Notes under the pieces: model-generated
Databases searched by the model: none
The model's input: only the letters and a program-made list of their open reading frames with translations
What the model was told of the DNA's origin: nothing
Assembly (NCBI RefSeq): GCF_006345805.1
Contig: NC_043001.1
Span: forward strand, 40,734,001-40,798,000
Length of the DNA stretch: 64,000 nt
Direction of reading: 5' to 3'
Source of the DNA: Octopus sinensis
Lineage: Eukaryota
Part shown: in pieces, positions 37,003-50,325 of the stretch
Layout: the number at the start of each line of letters is the position of its first letter
Numbering within the stretch: position 1 is the first letter of the stretch
Program-made: the position numbers and the translations under genes

Positions 37003-38029
37003 GTGTAGAAGCTTCCTCATTCTATTACCAGCAACAGTTACAGTAGAAGTAAAATTAACAGTAGTAGTAGTGGTAGCAGAAGCAGCAGTAGCATTAATAT
37101 TAACCACACTTGCAGTGGTTTTCTAGGCACATGATTTTTCTAGTTTAGATTTCCTTTCATGTCTGTATATTCAAAACATATTAATCATGATGATACAGAG
37201 GAATTGGGTCAATGACTAGTTCAAAGTTGCAAGACAAACCATTATAGTATACAATGCAATCACGAAATGATATACAAGTGAATACAACAACACGTGCGTG
37301 TTTTAAATGTCTACCACAACTTTTCTATAATGTAATAGTTTCAGTCTCAACACATGATCTCAGATCAAGTCACTTGCCAAACAAGTACAGCTTCAAAATC
37401 TTACTTTTGCATTATGCATTAAAAATACATTTAAGCAGATGTATTATACAACTATTTTTTGTGTAAAATACAGTCTTACTAACAAATATTCTCCCTATCA
37501 CTCTCTTTAATAATTTTTACATCTAAACTACTCTACTGGCAAAAACTGAGAAAACCATTTGTATCAGTTGTGGTTGATTGTTGATGTCTAATCTCAGATC
37601 ATCGTAATCCAACAAATCTATGATGAAAGGCATTCAACTATAACCAACCTGTCTTTTTTCTATGTGAAAATAACTAAGAATCACATCATCTAATATGACT
37701 TTTTCTTTAAAATGGTAAGGTGTAATTTGAGTGGAATTTAGCTGTTACTGCTAGTAGGTCAAGGCTCCATCACTGACTTGTCAATCTTTATTCTATCCAT
37801 AACAAGTTAATAATTCATATTAACTTTTATTAATCTTGATTAATCAGCAACATAGAAATGATTTTCCTGTCTTTTTTTTTGTGTCAAGATAAATTGGCAA
37901 GCTTTTTTTACTTTTCTTTTGTAAGTTTCCACTGCCTAATGTTTGAATAATGTTTTCTAATTACTTTTTTAAAAAAATTTATTTTTGCACCAGCCAGGAA
38001 TTTTGAGGGTAGGGTTAGGGTTATATTGA

Positions 38030-38670
38030 TTTCAAATTTTGGCAGAAGGTTAACAATTTTGAGGGGAAGTCAATTACATACACCCTAATCAATACTTAAT
38101 TAGTATTTGTTTTTCAGTCCCGATAGGATGAGAGGTAAAGTCAACCCCAGCAGAATTTGAACTCAGACTAAAGGCAGATGAAATACCATTAAGCATTTCA
38201 CTTGAAGCGCTAACAATTCTGCCACCTAGCTGCCTTAAAAGTTGATTATATTGATGCCAGTACTTGACTGGTATTTATTTGTATTGACCCTGCCACCCAG
38301 TACTTGCTTGGTACTTAATTTTATTGATCCCCAAAAAGATGAACAGCAAAATTGACCTGATCAGGATTTAAACTCAGAACATAAAGCGCCAGAAGAAATT
38401 TGGTTGAGCCTTTTATTCAATGTGCTAATAATTCTGCCAGCTCGCCTAATATTGGTTTCAGATTTTGGCACGAGGCCACCATTTTCAGTGAAGGAGAGAA
38501 GTTGATTATGTTGACTCCAGTGCTCGACTGGTATTTATTTTATCTACCCTGAAAGGATGAGTGGCAAACTCAATCTCACTGGCATTTGAACTCAGAACAT
38601 AAAGATGGATGAAATTTCCACTAAGCATTTAACTCGGTGCAGATTGCAGTAACGATTCTGCCAGCTTGCC
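38030..38670 (-). mobile_element. Cluster of about three family B SINE remnants
   Basis: Repeated cagtacttgactggtatttatt / atttgaactcagaac / ttctgccagct motifs. Confidence 0.7.
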
Positions 38671-39288
38671 AAATATCAATACACTATTAATTGCAGGTGA
38701 GTCTGTTCTGTTTTTCGTTCATATCATGCAACAGTTAAATTCTTTAATCCATCATAAAAATAAATACCAAACAAGTACAATATTATGAACAATATTATTA
38801 ACTATATACTCTTGAAGTCAGTGCCCCAGCAGGGTTGAGATTCAATGATTGAAAGCTGTAAGGTAATAAAAGAATATTGAAATGAGGGAAATGTATTTGG
38901 AAATTACTGTGACAACATTACCACATGTACCAGCACCATCACCACAAACATCAGCACCATTACCACCATCATTATAGTGTGATGTATCTTAACATTATGA
39001 ATTTTCAAACACTTTCGTCATCATGATCATTATCATGATGATGATGATCATCACTATTTTAACATCCACTTTTCCATGCATGCATGGGTTGGAATGAATT
39101 TGCCAAGGCAAATTTTTTATAGCATAATACCCTTTTTGTTGCTGACCCTCACTTGTTTCCAAGTAAGATATTTCTTCATGTCCAGACATGTTTTTACAGA
39201 TGTTTGGAAGGAATGGACATCACTTGTACATCAGTGACACTAGTTTACAACAATCATGCAATGTCAAGACAAAGTGACATCATGATCA

Positions 39289-39324
<36 letters not shown>

Positions 39325-40090
39325 CACACATACACATGATAGGCTTCTTTTAATTGCATTTACCTAATCTGCTTGCAAGGTAAAGCTTAACATCTTTTTA
39401 ATTGCTCCATCTGGTGTACCGGTTGTCAAGCAGTGGTAGTGGACAAACACACACACACACACACAACATATTTGAAGGCTTCTTTTGGCTTCTGTCAACC
39501 AAATCTACTCACAAGGCTTTGGTCAGCCTGAGGAAGAAACTTACCCAAGGTGTTACAAAGTGGGACTGAACTTGGAACCAAGTGGCTGGGAAGCAAGCTT
39601 CTTTCCACACAGCTACGTCTCTTGTGACATTTTCTTCCACTGAAGTGAGCAGGGAATTTTGTTGATATTTCTCACAGATTGTGTAGCTACATAAAGGTGT
39701 TCTTGTTTGTTCATTTTATCTGGTTAACCAGCGATTAATAACAAGGACCCTTAAAGAGAGTTGCATTTAACTAATGGCTGCTCTGTCTTCTCAAATCATC
39801 CAAGACTGTTATCTCAGTACAACATTCTGCTGCCATAAAAAAAAAGCTGAAATGAGACACACAGACAAACACAAACACCTTGCATCACATAAAAATAAAA
39901 GATACGAATACAAAATCTATAAACACATTTTCCATACCTAAAAATGCACACACACATGCACGCTATCAATTATTAAATGAAAAGCATTTCTCCTTTAATC
40001 ATCATTCAAAGTTGGTTTTTCTTAACTATCAACCTGATTTTAACTATACTCTATTAGATAATTTGATTGACTGCAAAATAAATAAATAAA

Positions 40091-40500
<410 letters not shown>

Positions 40501-40908
40501 TGCATGGATTTATACATTTATCCATTGTATATTGGTGATAGGAAGGACACAGCCTTAAAACACAATTTCTAACACTTCTGCCCAGCCCTTCACAACTTGG
40601 AAGTAGACAAAAAGCAAAGATAATGATGATGGTGGTGGTGAGTATGTGTGTGTGAGTGCATGCACATGCATGTGCACAGTAATGTTCTGGTAAATAGAGT
40701 CCATAGTTCCAGCAGTGGATGTTTTACATCCTCTACTGGTGTCTTTGGAAACAGCATGAAAACTACAACCTGAAATCTCTTTCCTCACCAGACAAATGAG
40801 TCTCATTGCTTATTACTGTATTAATGACTGTCTCTGGTCCTGAAAGGTCAAGTAATTGGTGATATATTCAGATGGCAATTGGGATAAATATTTATCTTCT
40901 CTCTCTCC

Positions 40909-40975
<67 letters not shown>

Positions 40976-41401
40976 GCAACCATAAACTTTGATACGCTTT
41001 GTACACCAAAGACACTGGTTAATGCTGTCTCAATAATTCATTTGTTATTTTATGTTTGCTTCATAAATAAACCTAGCTTGTAAACTCTCTGCATTGTCAT
41101 TCACTCCAGTTAACATACGTGTAAGCATGGCTGTGTGGTTAAGAAGTTCATGTTATAATCACATGGCTCAAAGTTCAATGCCATTGGACATGACTATGAC
41201 GACAGGCAGGTGTTTTCTACCATAGCCCTCAGGTAGATTCAATATCTTGTCTGTTGAATTTAATAGAAACAAACTGTCTGTCTCTCTGAATGAATGAATG
41301 AATGTGTGTGTGTGTGTGTATGTGTCTGTGTGTGTGAAACCCAGGGTAATCCCATAAATCGACCATATCTAACTATCTATACATATATGTATGTATATAT
41401 G

Positions 41402-42170
41402 TACAAAGTCTGGTCAATAATTATCCGGACTGTTGCCATAGTAATGAAGCTAAAGCACACAGAATAAAACCACAAGGCCACAGATTGACCTTGAACTGTG
41501 CTATGCATGCACACTAAGTTTTAACGTTCTAGCTTACTTCTGTTGTTTGTTGTTTACAGCAGTGCTTGGAAAAAAGGTGTGTGGCGTGTGTTCATCGCAT
41601 CGACCATGACAGAGTAAGTTGTCATGGCAATACCTGCTCAGAGGGCTATGCAACGTTGCAGAAAGTGCATGGAGAGGAGTATATAAACCGCACACAAGTG
41701 TACAAGTGGTTCAGACGTTTCCAAGATGGTTGAAAAAATGTCGATATTGACAAATGTTCTGGGAGACCCGCAACCAGCAGAACTGAGAAAAACATCACAG
41801 ATGTGCATGCAGCAGTCAGAAGAAATTGTCAAATCACCATCTGTGAGTTATCAGAGGTTGTGCAGATTAGTGATGGTTCAGTTCCATCTATTATCACTGA
41901 AGATTTGGGTAGGAGACACGTGCCTGCCAAGTTTGTACCAAAACTGCTTTCAGTTGATCAAATAGACACTCAGGTTTCAGTTGTACAAGATCTTCTTGAT
42001 CATGTTGAGAAAAATGAAAACATTTTAAAAACATTGCACAGGATTCTGAGCAGGTATCACCAATTTATTGGCAAAATTTGATGCAGATGATCTGCTCAAC
42101 TTTCTCTGACGTGGTTAGTGCAACAATCACATGCTACACACCTTCCAAGCACAGCTGTAAACAGCACACG
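41402..42170 (+). mobile_element. Mariner deletion derivative with long (~240 bp) TIR; right arm truncated
   Basis: Starts TAcaaagtctggtcaataa. Transposase remnant HAAVRRNCQITICELSEVVQISDGSVPSIITEDLGRRHVPAKFVPKLLSVDQ has an HTH region and a xVPxxL motif. 41560-41640 is inverted to 42040-42165. Confidence 0.87.
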
Positions 42171-42374
42171 CGAACAAGGGGATCAGTTAAGTTAGATCAA
42201 GGCAATCAACAATGAAAGCACACTACATGTTTTGGCTAAGTAGTTTATTCCAAATATTCCAGGTAATTAACCTTTCAAATCAGTGGTCAATGTAGAGTTG
42301 TAAAGGTAGTTCATTGGTATCTGGTATCCAGCAAATCCAAGTATGTATCAAAGATGTAACTGGTACACTGGCTC

Positions 42375-42414
<40 letters not shown>

Positions 42415-42814
42415 TGTATTGTAATAGAAATTACATGAGACAAGGAGAGAAAATACAAAGTAGAGTGAAGAAATGGTAAAGTCATCAATCAGTGTTTCAC
42501 CATTTTAGGATGCTGAACGTCAGAAATGAGACAACAAAGAAATACAGCATGTAGCAAGACACCATGTGGAGGGGAGAATTATCCAGCTCATGTAAGCACG
42601 GAAAAGTGGACATAAAAATGATGATCATGATGATCAAGATGACAATGATGATGGTGGTGGTGGTGGTGGTGGTGATCGAGATGCATAAATTAATGTTTAG
42701 TACTAGGGTTGCCAAGTGACAAATAATAAACATTTACTGAAAGGACTGAATACCAATAATACGATTAAAGTTGTGTGTGTCTCTCCTTCTCACTCTCTCT
42801 CTTTCACAGATATA

Positions 42815-43035
42815 TCTTTTACTTGTCTCAGTCATTAGACAGCAGGATAAACACACATGCACACACATGCACATGATGAGCTTCTTGCACTTTCCATCTA
42901 CCAAATCCATTCACAAGGCTTTGGTCAGCCCAAAGCTATAAGAAAAGACACCTGCCCAAGGTGCTATGCAGTGGGAATGAACCCAGAACCATGTGGTTGG
43001 AAAGCAAACTTCTTATTGCACAGCCAAGCTTGCGC
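42815..43035 (-). mobile_element. Family A SINE, partial
   Basis: Similarity to other copies. Confidence 0.7.
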
Positions 43036-44639
43036 CTATATATTTGTAGAGGATATAAATCAGCAAGAAAAGACACCCTCCCACCTCATAGAAACACTCA
43101 TATGTTACTCTCACAGTCAGAATGAAAGCACTGGAAACCTCTCGCTAGTGACACTGTTCTTCGCAAATTGCAATATAAAATAAATCAAATAAACAAACAT
43201 CATTAACACAACCATCATTCATGTGAATTCACTCAATATTAAATTAACTCAATGATCTCAACACTTAAAAGGTTTGTCCCTTCTAGAAGGGCTGTAGACG
43301 AAACACCATGATAAATGCTGCCTTATTTATTCAAGTTAATACATTTCTTACATAAGTATAAGTGCACAGATTTATAAGGGAAGGGGAAGGCTGTGTTGTG
43401 GTCGTGATTCAAGCTTTTCTCAAGGACATATCTGACATAAGTGAATGAAACTTAACAAGAGTAAGCCAATGAACAAACAATTGACATTGTTTACAATTAA
43501 AAAAAAACAAAACAAAACAAAACCAAAAACAAAAATAATGAAATAAAAGCAAGAGACAGTATAAATAAATCACACCCAAATATTTATCTAACATTCAGAA
43601 AACTATCTGCAACTATTATTTAGAACACGCATATATGCACACACACCTAGATATGGAAATAAACATGTCTGGATGTGACAAAAAAAAAAAAAAAAAGCCT
43701 GAAAGTAAATATAAGAATGAATACATTACAACTAGAGTAATTCAAAGTTGTTAGAAAGCAAATCTACAGCTCTTGCTTTTAAAGCAAATCTCATTCCTTT
43801 CACTGTCTTTTGTATTAATCCATAACTCTAATGAATGGTTCTGGCAAAAGCGATTCTGATTGACCTCTATTGTCTATTTGCACCTATGTAAAATCTATCA
43901 GTAGGAGTGAGAAGTTTCTCAGGCATCACCAGTCCTTCAGCACAAGTGAATCTTATTAGTTGATATTTTTAATTGCTATACTTTCACTTATATTAAAAAA
44001 AGAAATCGGCAACAATGATTTTTGTTCAATTAAATATGAAAGTAAATGTAAATAAAGAAATATTGCATTAAAATTATATTATTGTTAATTACGATCAATT
44101 AGTAGTAATAATTATTTGTAATTTGAGAAGTAGATCAATATTTTCTCTCATTTCACAAAGAATGAGTTGTTTCTGTTGTGTGTTTTCAGCATCATCATCA
44201 TCATCATCATTATTATTATTATTACTAGCAAATCTACCCATCTATGATGGAGGCATAAAATAAGAGAGGAAAGTCATAACTGCAGCAGTATGCATTGAGA
44301 AAAGTGTAAATGGACCTGACAGATTACTGGATGATGTCTTAGAGAAATCACATTATTGTTGGTGATACAGCATTCTATTGAAGCTATGTAACATGTGTTT
44401 GCGACTAAGTGACATGTGACGACGATTCCCTCCCAAACTGAAATAGGCAATAGGCTCCCAGTCTCTGTGTCATGAATGGTTATGTTTTCCACTCCAAACG
44501 AAAGCCAAAGCTTCCTTTGATCACTATATAAAAGGTATTAAGAAAAAAATGTTATTTAGATATACTTTTATTTTAGTTGTTTACTCTATTTTATGCTTGC
44601 ATATATTCTTATACATTCAAAGTACACAAATTTTCTTAT

Positions 44640-45070
44640 GTAAATTACGAATCATATCAAAAGGAAGTCTTGCCCTGTTCTATGTGAATAATGTCTGGAT
44701 GTTTTGGTAGAATCACCAATAGAAGAGAATATAACTAAGAATTGCGTGTACTCCATCCCATGCAGCTGTGGTAGGTTATACAAAGGCGAAAGGGTAGAGG
44801 AACATCGCAGAGCTGTGACATGGGGAGATATTGATAAATTGGGTATAGCTGATCATGTATGGAAAAATGGAGACCACCTCCTCCAGTGGGATGAAGTTAA
44901 AATAATAGACACAGAACACCACTGGAAAATATGAAAACTAAAAGAAGCAGTACATATGCTAGGACAACAACAACCTCCTAAGCAAACCGAGTGCAGATAT
45001 GAACAGCATATCGGGACCAGTATTAAGGAAGGATAAGAGAATATTAGAATTATAAGCCCTAAAATTCACT
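44640..45070 (+). mobile_element. Penelope-like element GIY-YIG endonuclease fragment (pseudogenised)
   Basis: KNCVYSIPCSCGRLYKGE..RVEEHRRAV..GIADHVWKNGDH..WDEVKII..HWKI*KLKEAVHM, a typical Penelope EN with the CxC YxG and EH/H motifs. Confidence 0.88.
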
Positions 45071-45084
45071 CCATAATTACCCAC

Positions 45085-45155
45085 AAGCATATGACGTAGT
45101 GGTTAAGAATGCGAGATACTAATCCCAAGATTCCAAGTTTGATTCCAGGCAGTGA

Positions 45156-45202
<47 letters not shown>

Positions 45203-45415
45203 TAATAATAATAACAACAACATTGAAAAATACCTTAGGAATGAGAACCCAGGTTCAAAATTTTTCCAAGACACCTGATGAAGGCTGGAGGGTATATCAG
45301 CCGAAATGTTGTGTTAACAACAAACAAGATGAGGGCAAATATCCGTCAACTATAAGTAACGTAAATAATGTACATAATTCCTCATCTCTTAAATATAGAA
45401 CTGGAAAATAAATCT
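45085..45415 (+). mobile_element. tRNA-headed element with (AAT)n and a hammerhead-bearing tail
   Basis: Head gacgtagtggttaagaatgcgag..ccaagtttgattcc (A/B-box-like), then (AAT)n, then the ribozyme motif. Confidence 0.7.
45270..45315 (+). ncRNA. Minimal type I hammerhead ribozyme
   Basis: GACAC-CTGATGA-a-GGCTG(gagggtatat)CAGCC-GAAA-TGTT-GTGTT. Stem I GACAC/GTGTT, 5-bp stem II, intact core, GUU site. Stem III AATGTT is probably CpG-decayed AACGTT. Confidence 0.75.
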
Positions 45416-48400
45416 AGTTTAATTTGTTTCATATCTAAAGTCTCTATAAGTCAATACTGACCATATATTTGCACTTGTATTATGGCACAAGCCTGGACCA
45501 TGTTCTTTTGTGAAAGATTTAACAATTGCTCATATATTCAAGTCTCTTCTCTGCACATTGCTGATATTTTCAAGGGAATGGCAAGTTTGATACAGCATAC
45601 CATCAATATTGTCACAAGAATTGCTATCAAAACTCAGAAAGCCTAAACAAAAACTGCAAAGCATCCTGCCTGATGCTCTAGCAAATTCTACCTGGTCACC
45701 GTCCTGGATTGGTACATTTTTTGTATTGACCCCAAAAGGATGAAAGACAAAGTTGATCTGGGAAGAATTCCAACTCAGAACACAGAGAAATGAAACAAAT
45801 ACCACAAAACATTGTGTCCAGTGCAGTGAAGGGCAAACTGCAGCTCATGGGACTTTCTGAACGACACACCTAACAAAAAATTATCATGAATTTTTTATTA
45901 TTATTTTATTTATTATTATATATTTTAGTAGTGTAGCCTACCTGATAATGAGCCATGTTGCATGCAGCCTGGTTCTTGAAAAAGATTGCCCAAGCCTGTT
46001 CTAGTATGTCTACTAATTCATCACTTTAATTCATTTCATAAATGTATATATATAATTTGTTTGTCTGTGTGTGTTCACTTTTAATTCACTTTTATTTTTA
46101 TTTTGCATTTTTTTTTAAGAAAATCATTTTCTTAACAGAGTGTATTTATAATAGTTGATTAGAATTATCTCTGTTAACTCTGGTCAGAGGAGATTTATGA
46201 CATGAAGGGGAATAAGCCAAAACCATTTCTCCTGATTGGGCAAAATGCCAATGTTTCCAGTTGCAGGAAGCATAATAGATTTAATTCTCTAGTACATAGC
46301 TGGTATTTATTTTTATCAACTCAGGGAAAGGCAACAGTAGCTGTGGAATGATGTGAATTTAGAATGCAATGGAACAAGATTAATTATTCAAATGTATTTG
46401 TATCAATTCATTGTTTTGTCACATATTAAGTTGACTCTATTGGCATTCTAACCAAACTTTCTTTGTTCTTGACCAAAAGAAAATATTCTTAGCAATTGCT
46501 GAAACATTCTGACTTTTGTTCCTTCATTGTAAATGTGAAAGTATTTAAAATTGTTAGTGCCTCATAGAATGTTAATCATGATAATTGTTCTTAGAGCCAT
46601 TATTTGCACTGAGTAAAGTAAAATGTTTTTATAGCAATCAATGCTTAAGTAAACCACCCACACTGAGAGGATAATAGGAGAAAATGTAGTTTGCATAGCA
46701 AATGAAAAGTGCTGTAAACTCATTGTTATCGAGTTATTTAAAACCTGAGCAGAAGTCAGATAATGATCATTGAAACCTACATCAATATTGCTTTGCTATA
46801 GTTTAACATGTCCGGTAATTGTTTGTCACTAACATTTCTATATACTTTTCCCTTTGGAGCTTTTACCTTTATAGTTGTTCAAATATACAAACAAAATTAT
46901 GCATAAGCACATGCATGCATGTGCACACGCACAATACATAAAAATTCCTCATGCAAATCTTGAGATGAGATGCATCATCACCATTGTTTTTTTATGTCTA
47001 CTTTTTTCCATAATGTCCTGGGTTGTGCCAGACTTTTTGAAAAAGTTTTCCACAGCTGAACACTCTTCCTTACACAAGCCTTTACTCGTTTTTAAGGTCC
47101 TTGCATGTTGAACTGCCAAGCTGCATGACATAAACAAACATCACTGCTGCCCAGGTGGTGTCAATATGAAGAAACATAGAGACATACACATGCATACAAA
47201 CGTATGTACATTCTTCAAAATGATTGGCATCAGGAAAGGCATCAAGATATAGAAACCATTCCAAAACAAACACTGGAGCTTGATGCAGCCTCTCACCCTT
47301 CAGACCCTGTTGTGGTGTCTAACCCATGTTGCGCAGAGATAACATGTTACATGATAATGATATGATGATGATGATGATGATGATGAAACACACACACACA
47401 TACATACACAAACATGAGCACACACATGTGCACGCGTTGTTGTAGAGCTTCCACCAACCAAATTTCACTTACCAGGCATTGGTTGACAAAGGTTGTATGA
47501 GAAGACACTTGCCCAAAGTGCCATACAGTCATATGAAACCATATGATTGCAAGGCAATCTTCTTAACCACACAGCCATGCCTGAACACACACACACATAC
47601 ACACTTTTTATATGCATACATACACATGTTCATACTCATATACACAAGAACAGGGACTTTCTAACTTTTTCTTCCAGCATACCAGTTTGTCCTGTCTGGC
47701 CGTGTTAGCACACTCTTTGTGAAGAATATATTGTAAAATGGTTGCACATCATAAAACGGGCAATGTATAACTTGCTATTAATTATATTTGCAAGTCAAGA
47801 CTTCTAAGCAAAATATTTGACAAAGTGTTTATTTTACAAAAACAAGTTAGTAAATCTGAGGATGCACCATTGAAAAGTAGTTGTTTGTGATTACTTCAGA
47901 ATTCAAGTGTTTTACAAATTACAAGGGTGAAAGCTTACATACACACATGTACAAAAACACATACACATGTACTAAGATATGCAAATATGTCTAAGAATGT
48001 CTTGGTTGAAACATGAAGATTTGTTACTTTGTGAGAAGCCAGCTAACTTTAAATAAATTTCAACACACACACATCACTTAAATTGGTATCTTGACATTAC
48101 TGCTCATTGCTCTTTTACTAAACACATTATCATACCTGCAGAAAAATATGTGGTCATTCAACCTGGTAGAAACAGCAGCCATATATCCTTCATATCACAC
48201 CCTACCGTCTTTGTGTGTCAATCATGAATTTTGATCCAGTGTGGTGGCCACAGCTCTCAGTTACTGAATGATTTCTACTGATTTCTTATAAGGAAGGGAA
48301 AGCTTCCAGTTATTTGGGCATTGTTCTGCTTGGTGAGAGCATGAAGAGCTTGAAATGCATATAGTGGTCCATAGGAGGTGCTCTGAAATGACTTTGGTGT

Positions 48401-50099
48401 TTTGCATCTTTTGCCTGAAGTGAGGATTTTTCTCCATAGCAAACCACAGTGAAAAAAGCCTTTTTACAGGTTATATGTCCCAAATATATTTGAACTGATC
48501 TAAAATTTTGTTTATTTCAAAACACTGCTTTGTGTGCCAATGATGTATAATGCTTATACAGTGGTAAAAATGCATACAGAGAATAAAATTGTTCAATATG
48601 ATGAACAGTTTTAGGAAGAGAAGGGGAAGCAGAGAATAAATGAAACGTGTATAACTATTATACCTCCCAGTATACAACAAGGATATTGCTCACTGTACTT
48701 TGGTAGTGCCTATCTGAACTCAAAATTTTGCCTTTTAAAGTGAACATCATAACAATTCACTTCAATTATAATGCTCTTAATTGAAGTACATTAATTGCTG
48801 AAAAATAACTAATTCTAATAAGTTGATACAAGAAAGCAGAAGAAGCATGCTAAACAATGGTTCCTTCAATTCATTCAATTATTTTAACTTTCACTTCTAT
48901 GTTAGCATGTAAAAGGCTGAAATTTAATAAAAACAAAAATAAAAAAAAATAAAAGAAAAAAATTGAAGTAGTAGGTCTGATTTCAAGTGGATAGCTTATA
49001 AGACTATAACTGGAAAAAAAGGATTAAAAGAAAGAAACAAAAGAAAAACAAATTCACACCTTGATATAGAAATGTAATGGATAGAACTTGTTAACAGCTT
49101 TGGTTTAGGGTTAGTTGATCCCATGCTGAGCAGGAGCAAACTTAAATGCTGCATTGTATATTCCTGAAACTAATTGTTGTAATTGCAATGGCGTACAACA
49201 TTTCCATGCATTTATGGCAAAGATCAGCTTAAGAAGTTTGCAATGAAAGAAACTACAATTACAGAGATTTAAGAAAATTTGCAATACACATACATAAACA
49301 TAGATGTATGTAGTAAATCTATTAATTTTCAATCTATTTACTATATTTAGTATGCTGAGGGTTCACTTAGTAAAGTTCCTAGACTTAACTCGGAGAATTG
49401 ATTGAAAGGGTATTAATATTAAATTTGAAAGGGCAGGAGATGTAGTTATATACAAGAGAACAGGCCTAGATGCTCTGCTGTATTGTGTCATGGGTCACAC
49501 TAACCAGATTTCAGGGTTCAATAAACTTCATAATAGTAATATACATGGGTGAATTCAGTTTGTGGTTTTTCTCCCTGGCAAAAACTGTTCTTGTTTCTAA
49601 GAAAGTAACCACTATTTGAAAGTCCAGCCATATCTTCTCAGACAAATTAGTTTTTAAAGTGAAATAGGTTAAAATATGTTATTTTGAAAAATCTGATTCA
49701 ATATTGACTAAATTTTATAGAAATGGTTCCTAACTCAGGCAATAGAACCACATATTTTACGTGACACAGTATAGTTAATTATACCAAATTCCAGTTCTAT
49801 GACCATTACTTATTTCATTGATCCTAGAAGGATGGAAGCAATGGCATCTTCAATAGGATTTGAAATCAGAATGCCAAGTAATGTAACAGAATACACTCAA
49901 TAATTCACACACACACAGACACACATGATGATTGCCATCTATGAAAGAAGGTCATCTCTTCAATAAGTAAATGCTGTCATGAGGTCACAAATGGTTAGCA
50001 AGCCCAGCTCTGGAGAAATAGACCCAACTGCAGATTTTACAAACATTTTCAGGTAGAAAAGTGTCTGGGATTGAAGTGGAGTCCTGTCTACAAAGTGCT

Positions 50100-50325
50100 C
50101 ATTTCAGGATGGAGCATTTGATTCTCTGCATTTTGAAATGCTTAACAACCATTGTAGACCACTTCTTTCCAAACTGATTGATTTTTCTGTCATCTTCTCC
50201 CAATCTTCAACATCCACGCAAAAAGCCTTAAGGTTATTTTTGTCAGCATCCCTAAAATGTTTCTTAGGTTCATGTCTGCCTTTTACCATGTTGCGACCCC
50301 CTCATAAAACAACTGCTTAGGCAAC
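50100..50325 (-). mobile_element. RTE LINE C-terminal fragment
   Basis: GRHEPKKHFRDADKNNLKAFCVDVEDWEKMTE resembles the RTE G.R....PKKRFKD.LK..LK......W motif. Confidence 0.7.

Noticed and set aside
31025-38705. Plus-strand CAG|GTGAGT sites (31040, 38695) as exons of a nested antisense gene
   Set aside because: They have no linked open frames or consistent exon chain, and are compatible with chance.
45085-45158. tRNA genes (also 9085-9148, 18843-18910, 30655-30720)
   Set aside because: A/B-box-like heads lack a complete cloverleaf and run into SINE bodies.
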